Positions 51,625-64,000 of a DNA stretch of 64,000 nt are shown here, piece by piece (the first letter of the stretch is position 1; each line of letters opens with the position of its first letter). Source of the DNA: Eledone cirrhosa (Eukaryota); assembly GCA_964016885.1 (NCBI GenBank), contig OZ024743.1, positions 27,714,001-27,778,000 of the forward strand. The letters run 5' to 3'. The position numbers were made by a program, and so were the translations under genes. The notes beneath the pieces are model-generated. The model was given only the letters and a program-made list of their open reading frames with translations. It had not been told where the DNA came from and did no database searches.

Positions 51625-52611
51625 AAAAAAGAAATATCATTAGAATAGCGACTGATCTTGAGGAGAGATATGGAATAAAGCCTGATATAAATCTCTCACC
51701 CAGAGAAATCGGAAGATCCTATTCAATGTTCAAACAAGATAAAAAAATTGACCAATTTACAGAAAAAGTTGTGCATGGATACTTGAGGCGTAAAACACAG
51801 ATCATAGAGGGGATAAACCACTCAAAAAGCCTGGCATGGAGTTCCGACAAGTTTATGACATCACACCTTGAGGGATATCTCTATGCAATACAGGAACAAG
51901 AACTCGCTACCAAATATCTGCTGCACAAAAGAGGAGGGCCAGCAGCTGACAATAAATGTAGGCTATGTAAAACAAAGATCGAGGATGTAAGCCACATTGT
52001 TGCCAGCTGCGAAAGAATGTCATCTCGCTACTACCTCCCCATGAGACACGATGGGATAGCTAGAACCATCTGGAACGCACTTCGGAAAACAAAATTAACA
52101 ACAAACGAGGAAGAATATATTGAGACAGATGGCACTAAGGAATACTGGTGGAACCTGAAAATAAAAACTGCCACCAAATTAAAGCACAACCGGCCTGATA
52201 TTGTAGTTTGGGACCACACATTGAAAACGTGTTCTGTTGTGGAGATCAGCTGCCCACTTGATGTAAACGTTGTCAGAAAAATACAGGAGAAGGAGGACAT
52301 CTACGGACCATTGATGAGGAGTTTACAAATCCAGTATCCAAGATACACCTTTAGCTTCATACCCATCATTATTGGTGCTACGGGTTATATACCAACCCGC
52401 TTGGACCAAAGTATGACTGAACTTGGATTTGCGGACAAAAAGCGCAGCTCCCTAATTCATAGTCTACAAATGGCTGCGATAGCTGGCACCTTCAAAATTT
52501 GCAAAACATTCTTGCGATTCAAGGGATGGCAATTTCTTTTCTTTTACAACCTTGCCACCAGGAAGGTGGCCGGTCAAAAAAATATACTCGAAATTAAGAG
52601 AAAGAGAAAAC
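51625..52611 (+). mobile_element. R4/Dong-clade non-LTR retrotransposon, 3' part with CCHC knuckle and restriction-like endonuclease
   Basis: AIQEQE, CRLC..EDVSHIVASC, RHD, HNRPDIVVWD, VEISCP, EKEDIY, IPIIIGATG. Flanked by (ATAC)n. Confidence 0.9.
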
Positions 52612-53152
52612 ATACATAGATACATACATACATAAATACATACATACATACATACATACATACATACATACATACATACATACATACATACATACATACA
52701 TACATACATACATACATACCTTGCCACCAGGAAGGTGGCCGGTCAAAAAAAAATATACTCGAAATTAAGAGAAAGAGAAAACATACTTACATACATTCTT
52801 GTACGTAAACATATTTCTATGCAATCCTATTTACTACATGTTTCGTGATTGAGAAAATTTCAGAAGAATGAATGGAACAGAAAATGAATCCTCATTATAA
52901 TATAAAGATAGTGGTTCTTGACCAAATTATCTGATCAAAATCTTTAAGGATAAAAATGGAATATCTCTACCATATATCAAATAGTCCCCAATACCGGCAT
53001 TACCATCCTCAGCGCCATCTATATTATATTTTGATATTGCGTCCCAATGTTGACTCAATAAAAATCTCATTCAGAGTTTCAATCATTTCTTTGATTGCTT
53101 TGCAAGATATGTCGTAACCCTTATTTATTTCGCTCGTTCGTTCGTTCGATCA

Positions 53153-53660
<508 letters not shown>

Positions 53661-54079
53661 TTATATATATATATATATATATATCAACTAACTACATATC
53701 AATCCTTTTTCCGCTTCGATTTTCAAGGAATCTCTTTCCTGATCAGATACCTCATGAATGTAAACAGAATAAATAATGCAGCTCTATTATGTGACTAAAG
53801 TACATCACGCCCTCTAACCCTTGGAGTATCGCGTATTTTATTTTGCATCTGTAACTATTGTTTTCCTGAACAAAATACGTCAGGTAACTTAATGAGTTTC
53901 CGACTGATTCTAATTAAAGAATAATTGATAATTATGTGCATGATTAGCAATTCAGTAATTTCGAGTCATTTATCACATGTGTTTATGCATCTGCTCTGTT
54001 TGTACGATTGTTTGCGCGAGCGTGTGTGTATGTGAATGAGAGAGAGTGAGAGTGAGGAAAGGGAGAGAGAGAGGGAGAG

Positions 54080-54193
<114 letters not shown>

Positions 54194-54404
54194 CGTGAGA
54201 TATTATGATAGGGAGATGGTTAGAGTGATAGAAAGAGATCTATTTTAATAAAAATCGAAATAAATGCTATTAACTGACAACATGCTATAGGAAACAATAA
54301 GGTACTCAGGAGTCCATGGAGTCTCTTCCACTTGCAATTCTATTAACTGACAAGGATTCTTAATAGTTGTTATTGAAACTTAATTCATGCGTTTGTACAT
54401 GTAT

Positions 54405-54745
54405 ATATGTGTTGTAGGAATTCACTTCGTATCCACATAGTTTCAGGCTCAATCCCACTTCTTGGTGTCTTCTACTATAGTCTCCGGTTGATCAATGCCT
54501 TGTGTGTTAAATTTGGTTGACAGAAGGGTGTGAAAGTCCGTTATATATATGCGTATGTTTGAATGTGTATGTATATATGTATGTGTGTGTGTACCTGTGT
54601 GTATTAGTTGCTCATCAACAAGAGATTGATAACATATTTTCCAGACTTGAAAGTACTGGGGTCAATATGATCGACTAAATCCCTTCAAGGGGATGCTCCA
54701 GAACGAATGCATTCTAATGACTGAAACCAGTATGATTATAAAAGA
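54405..54745 (+). mobile_element. Decayed tRNA-derived CORE-like SINE with an internal microsatellite
   Basis: ggctcaatccca B-box remnant, gtgtcttctactatag and tail atcgactaaa.cccttcaagg..atgactgaaac. A related piece lies at about 26120-26240 (-). Confidence 0.55.
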
Positions 54746-54761
54746 TTACGATGTGTGTATA

Positions 54762-54876
<115 letters not shown>

Positions 54877-54883
54877 ATATGTA

Positions 54884-55825
54884 TGTCCTTTGACGGATCC
54901 TATCTTGCATCCCGCAGGGTGTCCAGAATCCCCTCCTTTATTACCTGGGAGTGAAAGGCCCCCAGTTGTTGTCACAACACCTTTCTGGGAGAGGGAAACT
55001 CTGAAAAGGAAAACATCCGATGATGTTGACCAGTTCACTCACGGGTAGTGTTTTCGATGCTCAGAGTGTGGGATTGGTTGAGTGGAAGGCCTTTCCCCAC
55101 TTAAAAAAACCTTCAAAGCACAGGTATTGCATGTTCAGGATATGTTACAGGTTCGTGTGGTTGTCCGTAGCCTAAAAGTGCACCAAACTCTATAATCTGA
55201 CAAGCGATTGCAGTACTCTTAGCAGAGTTTGCAGCCATCATGTATGTGTGTGTATGTATATATGTATGTATGTCCTTTGACGGATGTTGTCTTTTATCCC
55301 GCAGGGTGAGTAGAATCACCCTCCTCACCAAGCAAGCTTGCCGGTTTAGTCGCCGACTACCCGAACATGAACAGGTTGTAGTGGATTACATGTTACCAGT
55401 AGCGCTGAAGGGCGACCTAACATAAAGGGTGGTGGAACTCAGGAGAGCCAACGGCCATCCTATGAATATATATATATATTTTTCTTTTGTGGAGCGAGAG
55501 ACTCCCAGTCTTCATTACATCATCTCTCTAAAAGAAGGTCACTCTGATATAAAACCTGCCACTTCGTTTGAATCCAATTATGAAGACCAGTTCTACTTTC
55601 GGGGTAAATGCATTCGATGATCAGAGAGTGGGATTGGCCCCGTACAAAGCCTTTCCTCACTTAAAAAAGCTTCAAGCACAGACATGGCTTGATATGTGAC
55701 ATTTTTGCATGGTATTGCTGGCCATAGGCAGGTCCCTAGCATAAGTAAAAATCCATGTCTGTGATGTTCATGCTTAAGGATCATGCGATGTCATTACTAG
55801 AAATCGAGTTGCAGCTATCATGTAT
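54884..55825 (+). mobile_element. Two RTE-derived elements related to family X, each with an inverted 5' segment
   Basis: Shared gag.gtggga.tgg..ccttt..cacttaaaa..gcacag motif and a gcagc.atcatgtatg end. Inverted heads at about 54884-54965 and 55272-55422. Confidence 0.65.
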
Positions 55826-55869
55826 GTATGTATGTATGTATGTATGTATGTATGTATGTATGTATGTAT

Positions 55870-56140
55870 GTTAAGAGAGTGGGACTGGCTTTGTGCAGTG
55901 CCTTTGCTCACTATAAAAGCTTCACGGCACAGGCATTGCTTTATATCTGCACTTGTCATCACATGGTACCATGGGCCCAGCACTATGTGTCAATAATTGT
56001 CACAAGTGTAGTGTTTGTACCAGAGTTTTCAAGTCGCTGGCTAGACTAAAATGACACACTCGTTCAGCGCTTCAGTAGGGGTTCTCCTACATGGATATAA
56101 AGTAGTGGCCGTACTCGAAAACGAGTTGGCAGCCACCATG
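55870..56140 (+). mobile_element. Family X, 5'-truncated copy
   Basis: 3' half of family X between (TATG)n tracts. Confidence 0.75.
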
Positions 56141-56277
56141 TATGTATGTATGTATGTATGTATGTATGTATGTATGTATGTATGTATGTATGTATGTATG
56201 CATGTATGTATGTATGTATGTATGTATGTATGTATGTATGTATGTATGTATGTATGTATGTATGTATGTGTATGTAT

Positions 56278-56887
56278 GTCAGGTCACCAGTTGGTGCTAC
56301 TGGTAACATGTATCCCAGTACAACCTGTCTCATGGTCGGGTCGTTGGCGACTAAACTGGCAACCCCACCAAGGTTTCTTGGTGAGGAGGGTGACTTTGGA
56401 CATCCTACAGGACTAAAAACAAAACATGTCAAAGGGCAAAGGAGCTTTTAAGAGTCAATGGCCTTCCAAAATCTCCGGGAGAGATGACCCCTTAGCCTTT
56501 GTCAAGGCAGAATTCTAGGAGAAGGAAAACTCTGATATAACACCTGCAACCCTGATGGTATCCAATGATGTTGACTTGTTCTTCTTTTTGGTAAATATCA
56601 TCTTGGTTAAGAGAGTGGGACTGGCTTTGTGCAGTTCCTTTGCTCACTATAAAAGCTTCACGGCACAGGCATTGCTTTATATCTGGAGATCTCTCTGCAC
56701 TTGTCGTCACATGGTACCATGGGCCCACCACTATGTGTCAATAATTGTCGAAAGTGCAGTGTTTGTACCAGAGTTTTCAAGTCGCTGGCTGGACTAAAAA
56801 GTCACACTCGTTCAGCGCATCGGTAGGGGTTCTCCTACATGGATATAAAGTAGTGACCGTACTCGAAAACGAGTTGGCAGCCACCAT
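56278..56887 (+). mobile_element. Family X, full-length copy
   Basis: Same ends as 45306-45913 and near-identical. Confidence 0.78.
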
Positions 56888-57500
56888 GTATGTATGTATG
56901 TATGTATGTATGTATGTATGTATGTATGTATGTATATATGTATGTGTCTATGTATTCTTCCGTGTATATATGTGAATTCACAATACAAGACTAGCTGTTT
57001 CCATATTTTGTCATTTAATAGCTGATAAATTAGATTTTAGGATTGACAGCTGCTTTCGTTGTCGTGTATCAGGCAGACATTCATAAAATCTTTCCAGACG
57101 TAAAAATGTCGTTTTTATAATATGTCCTTACTTTTAAAAACGCTATGTTGAAATCTGTGAAAAAATGTGATTATTATTTATTTCTAGCGCATTGAACAAT
57201 TACGTGGGTGTGCTTACTGGTTTTGAATGTTTGCACTTTAATTACAAGGCAATAAACACATTTTCGATACTTTTTTCATTGTTTGGCATAAATTTCAATG
57301 TTTATAGTGTCATGAGAGTTTGTGACGACACCGATTTTATTGCCAAAAATATGAATGAGACGAATTCAATGACACAGCATGCTATAGCAAGACAGTGACC
57401 TAAAAATTGAGAATTGGAGATGATGCTTTACAGTATATCAATTACTTTACCTTTTCTTGCTGCTTGATGACGAATGCTCGAGTATTTATGTTTGGGTATA

Positions 57501-57628
57501 AAGAAGAAGAAGAAGAAGAAGAAGAAGAAGAAGAAGAAGAAGAAGAAGAAGAAGAAGAAGAAGAAGAAGAAGAAGAAGAAGAAGAAGAAGAAGAAGAAGA
57601 AGAAGAAGAAGAAGAAGAAGAAGAAGAG
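57501..57628. repeat. (GAA)n microsatellite
   Basis: Uninterrupted GAA run. Confidence 0.98.
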
Positions 57629-57769
57629 TTTAATATATACTAATATTTTAACTGCGATGTTTATCTTAGCGCGTTTTGTGTTAGTGTATATTGATTTTCT
57701 AACCACTCAGCGTTACATTTCAGGATATGTCTGAGACAAGGTTTGACAAAACACCAAGAACCCAATAGA

Positions 57770-58705
57770 AGCTCCAGTATCGGAATTTCTGTGACTCGTA
57801 CAAGCAGACCCAGGAGCAATTTCATGCATTTTATGGAACAGACAAATCTCCGATCAAAGGAAATATGCAAAACTGGGTGAAGAGGTTTGAGACCTATAGG
57901 AGAATGGAGATCCTCAGTACTATATCTGAGGATCGTCTCACCGATCCTGGGCGACCAACGAAACGTACACAGAAAAGTATTGGCATGGCCCGAAGCTCTG
58001 TTGAACAGGGTTCAAAACGAACGTTGCACATAATATGCCAATCCTTGGGTTTCTCCACAACAACTTACAGAAGGGTTGTCAAAGGAGATCTCAAGAAATA
58101 TCCCTATAGAATATAGACTAAACAAAAGCTTACTGTAGCTGATAAGCCAAAGAGAAAGGCTATAGCTGAGAAAATACTGCAGAAGATGAAAAACAACCCC
58201 AATTTTCTTTTCATCTGCTGTAGACCTCAGATGAAATCCCCTTTCACTTAGAGGGAAAGACAAACTCTAAAAACAATGTTTTCTGGACGTCCGAAAACCC
58301 CACTGAGGTGGCTGTAGAACCTTTCCATTCACCTGAATGTACAGTCTGGGCTGCCATTTCTGAGATGGCCCATTCCTTATCGTGGAAAATGGTGTAACAG
58401 ATACAGTCACAAAGGAACGCTATGTGGAAGTTATGAAAGACTTCAAATAGGAATTACAGACCATGTATCACTCTCTAATAAATAATTCCTACAAGATTGA
58501 GAAATCCCTCATCTCCAATGTGTCACGTGAATGACTGAAAGATAACTTTGGAAATCGTGTAATCTCTTTGAAGACTTATATTGAATATCACACAGCCCTG
58601 ATTTAAGATTATTTTTTCTTTCGGGCTATCTGCATGATAGGATATATCTCAAAACACCCAGGACCATCACTGAATTAAAGGAAAACATCAGGGAGGATGT
58701 TTTCC
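57770..58705 (+). pseudogene. Decayed Tc1/mariner-superfamily transposase, rosa/Visitor (DD41D)-like
   Basis: NWVKRFE, GRP, DLKKYPYRI, SDE..FHL.G, FW.SENP, TVWAAIS, HSPDL, GYL..IY..P.TI.ELK, read across frameshifts. Confidence 0.75.
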
Positions 58706-60759
58706 TTTAGTTGATCTCCGAAAAAAGTTATGTAAAGTAAGTTTTGCCAAAATATTTAATTCCCATTTCATAAATGCCCATGACCTCTAAAGAAATAAAA
58801 TACATTGTTCACATTTTACCGTAACAAACACGATGTTGAAATATTTGTGGGAGAAATGGTTTCACTGCGAAAAGGAAATAAAGCGAAATGTGATAAATAT
58901 GACGCCAGAACGCTTCACCTTTTATCCATAAACTGCCTTACTATAGTTTGTTGTCCCTAGCCATTTAGTAATGGTACACTATTCCTGGTTGCGTAAAATC
59001 ACATACCGCAGTTACTGAATTACATCTTTTTATTGATATTATCATATCATATTATATACTATCTTTAGTAACAAGTCTCTAAAGACAATCAGATAATGGC
59101 TAAATCTGAAAAATACATCCTCATTCCTAAGCTCATACATACTTCAGCAAGAATATTAGAAATTGCAATAATAATAATGGCTTCTTTTATTGCCAATTCT
59201 GTAGCAGCTGGCGGACAATACAAAGCATAAAAAATAGTGCTGGAGGTTACAAGAGAAGAAAATCATATAAATGTAATGAAATAGAATGCGTGAAAAAAAT
59301 TATATATGTATGTATACATACATATATATGTATATAGAGAGATATTAGAGTAGAATAGTGTGTGTGTGGTACGAGAGGGATTTACAGTCTATAATGTGTC
59401 ATTCCAAATCGATATTGTTCGCAAGTCACAGATGCAGTACTCCAAGCTATGTTGAAAAGCCGACAGGTGAATACGGCATGGAAATAGAAGTCCTGGTTTA
59501 ATTTGAAGAAATAATTAACAACTTAAGATCCTTTACTAACTCTCTTTGTTTTTAATACGACTCCCTGCCACGCACAGTCACACATTTCATTCTCAAAGTG
59601 ACTGTAGAAAAACATGCAAGAAGACTAATTAAGTTACAGTTCAAGTTGAATCGTATAATTTGTTTTCTTTATGACTTTCAAAAGAACAGCTTTTTCAGTA
59701 GGAATCATTTCTAAAGCCTTCATAACGAATGAAAACTTTTGAATTAAAGTATTAATAAACTATCTGTGCACTCTTTACTAGAGGTAGGTCTAGACCTATC
59801 TAACTATCGAGATTCCAATGTTTTGTAGTAAAGTTGATGTGTGCTTACTATCGTTGCTAATAGTGGTCTTTGTGATTTTCTTCATGCCACCATAGTTATA
59901 ATCGCTCTTGATTTTATTGATTATTATTGTTAATGTTATCGTTGCTTCTATCATAGATGTTCGGTTGGTAGGCACGCCAGGCTCTCCTCATATCTCCATT
60001 AGTTTTGTAATCATTGAGTTTGGCATATCAGACGTCTCGCCTTCGATGACTTTGGCTGTTTTATTTAATCCTCTTTTTACTTTCCAGATGCGCCTTCATC
60101 GTTTGATTTCCTATGGTGTTTTATACATTTTTGCAATTGTTTAAGAGAGAGAATTGTTGAAGTGATTTTACAGCCGCGAGTATTTTCTAATGGTCTGCTC
60201 CATTCTTTTCCAGTTCATATCTATATGTTACTTTGTTATGCGCAAACAGCCGTCGTTGATATCGCAGTTGTTGCTGCCGTCGTTGTTTTACAGTCACGGC
60301 AGTAATAGCTTGGAAGTTTTAGATTTTTTCGAGATAAGTGAAATCTTTTAAGTAAATTATTCTACGACATTTTTAGACCCTGAATTTCCTGTCCACATAC
60401 ATCTTTAAAGCAGGTGTGTTCGGAGATTTTTAATAGGCTTCGGAAGAAGGAGTAATCGTACCCCTATTGTAATCTCCAAACAATTACATTTGAAAGTCAA
60501 AATGTAATTAGTTCCCTTAAAATTCTGCTTACGACCGTCATTAACACTTTATTCTGCTACACATCTGCCAATATCATATTCTTCATTTATAAATCAAACG
60601 CACACGCACGTACGTGTGTGTAAACAAACACAATTATACATACATAAACACACCATCACCTACTTGCCTGCCCGCGTCACACCTCATGATAATCTTTTCT
60701 CCTTATGTCTCTCCTAACTTTGCACTTTTCTGATAAATGTCTATCGGCCTATACGTTGA

Positions 60760-60817
<58 letters not shown>

Positions 60818-60824
60818 TACATAT

Positions 60825-60884
<60 letters not shown>

Positions 60885-61876
60885 GTACATATATACATAT
60901 GTATGCGGGAGTGGGGGCGCATATACTTATGTGTGTGCATTTCCATTAGTATTGTGTGCATTTCCATTAGTATCAGTTAGTTTTTATTTCCCCCAAATGC
61001 TATTTCTCTGCCATTTCTTGAAATTGATTTAACCTGCTGAATATATTTTTCCACCTTATTCTTCGTTCGTATGTTTATCACTACCACTACCATAGATACC
61101 ACCCCAGTGAATGATTTACAATATCAGCTTGAAGAAGTATCTTTGACAATTTAACTGCCAATTACTGTCTGTAATTCGAATAGGCCAATAGTAAAGTATA
61201 CATGTTCTTTAATTTTAGAGTAGTTGTTTTTTTTTTTAATTCGAAATCCATAGAACTCAAGTAATATTTAGTAGTAATATATATTGTTTATGCCCCATTA
61301 TTGTTTATGTTAAATTGGCAATTTCATTTTAGCTAAGCTATAATTTAATGTGAAACATGTTAGTTATTGTAGCATATTGTTATTTGGGCGTAAATGGCAA
61401 TTTGTTGTACATACGTAGCTATCAGTGGCTTGCTTTGTTTCAAATCATTGTAGTTTTTCCTATGATTTTGATGGTAATGTTTCAGTGATGGGAATAACCC
61501 TAATAGCAAAGTACGAGAAAATCTTTTGCATCAATAGCTATAGCAACGTCAACCATAATAATATATCGCTTAACTATGCTTTTAATTTTATTTGAATAGC
61601 TACTTTAACGTTATGTTTCATTTACAGGCATGTATATCTCTAATTTATAACTCCGCAAACATCTATTATTGTAACCATCATTAAAATATTTCCTGGTCCT
61701 CGTATAAACCAATTCTCCTTCTTATTAAAGTGCAGCTAAACAAGCACACAAGTTTACTGTGTGATTAAGGGAGATTGGATTTCAATACTACAACCTTGAG
61801 CTGGGCATTGCTTTTACGTGCGTTTGGTAGAAATGAGCTCTGCCAATTCCCATCATAAATATATAAATATAGGAAA

Positions 61877-61947
<71 letters not shown>

Positions 61948-62357
61948 AATAAAGCGAGAAGAGGGCGGAAAGTTGAAATTGCTTTAAAAATGTTTATCTT
62001 TCCGGCATCCTGCCGCTTTATTCAATAATGTTTAACTCCGTCCACGCGCCACCAACAAGATCTTACATAAAAAATGATCAAGCTACGTCAAGTTGAGCGC
62101 TTTTCATACTAATGCATCATAGTTAACTATACAGAATGAAAAGTTCTATTCAATAGTGAACCACCAACTTCAATGTGTGTCCTCAGAGGACGGCATGTAT
62201 ATGTGAAGGTATGTATATTTCCTCTGATAATTTGTAATATTTTTACATAGATCTTAAACATGATATACATATACATCCCAGAAACGATCGTAAAATGATG
62301 AATCTTTTTAATATACGGAACTTGTTCTTTGTTTTTATTTCATTGTTTTTATTAATT

Positions 62358-62454
<97 letters not shown>

Positions 62455-62822
62455 GTGTGTATAGGTTTAAATATCAATAAAGCAACACGTAGGAAAACAG
62501 AAAAAGTAGGCAAACGAACAAGAGCATCCATTCTCCTCACATGTTAATTCGTGCATAAAGCTTGTATTGCGCAATTATATTCAAGTTTGACAGCGGCTGA
62601 AAGAACAAGTCGTTGGAGCAATGCGTGAAAAGCCATATAACAATCAAGTGACAAACCAAGGACAAATGAACGCAGTTAATACGAAACTTGACGGAAGCAC
62701 GACTAGCATAGAACAATGTAATTTGTGTAGTAAAGTAACGATGGGAAGAGAGAAATAGAGGTGGACTTCCGTCGAAAAAGGATACAGAGTTAAGAAGTAA
62801 GAGTAGAGCAGATAAAGTCTTG

Positions 62823-62854
<32 letters not shown>

Positions 62855-62893
62855 CATACAGATGTGTGTATGTAAATATATACATATATATAA

Positions 62894-63382
<489 letters not shown>

Positions 63383-64000
63383 GAACATTCTCCCTCTCTC
63401 TCTTCCCTCTCACACTCTCTCATTCTCTCTCACACTCTTTCTGCCATTCTTTCCTTCACTCTCTGTCTTAATATGTATATATATTTGTGTGAGTGTGTAT
63501 GTGTGTGTGTATGAATATATGTATGTATATATGCATATATATATATGTATTTAGGTACGTACATATGTATAGACAACTTAAAGCTTCTATGATCGTACTG
63601 TATTCCATAGTACGTGTGAGAATTAAAAACCTATTATTTACCCAACAAAAAAAAATTTTGACGACTGCTCTTTAAAATGTCTCAAATATATTTTTATATA
63701 CAACTAGAAAAAAGTAAAATGTTTCTTAGTTCGTTGTAGAGCTACTGGTAGTGCGACTACTGCTGGATAGTGCAACACTGTCTTCTGTCCGTGTTTCTTT
63801 ACTCACTTAATCAATAAATACTGCTAACTTTGTTGAATATGTGACGGCATCAAATTTGAGGTTTAGCTTTTACGTGAATATAAAAAAAGTTTGTCTTCAA
63901 CGAAATACTTGTGTGATAAATTGACCTTGAAGAGACGTAGCAAAACGTATACACACACACACACACACATACACACACACACATATATAAATAAACACAC

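Noticed and set aside
57407-57734. Poly-E, poly-K and poly-F ORFs
   Set aside because: They come from a pure (GAA)n tract.
59800-60300. Higher-complexity segment that looks coding
   Set aside because: Stops in the frames examined and no recognisable domain.

Overview
AT-rich, microsatellite-saturated animal genomic DNA. The repeat content is most like an octopus/cephalopod genome (inference). No host gene can be securely called, and most listed ORFs are translations of (TA)n, (CA)n, (TATG)n, (GA)n or (GAA)n. The window holds at least three Penelope-like element (PLE) lineages: Naiad-type 37704-40657, Neptune-type 12410-14455 and a third GIY-YIG PLE at 33780-36570. It also holds R4/Dong and Tx1-like LINE fragments, RTE-derived non-autonomous elements, SINEs, a non-autonomous Helitron, and mariner, Tc1 and rosa/Visitor-like DNA transposon relics. 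The main observation is a population of short inserts in (TA)n tracts, most of them head-to-head palindromes, many carrying minimal type I hammerhead ribozymes (HHRs). Several have a U3-A8 variant core (UUGAnAA). Their 5' ends or fold-back points recur at fixed positions: a predicted TATA-driven start site in one family and HHR stem II in another. All structures were read by eye; none was computed or tested.
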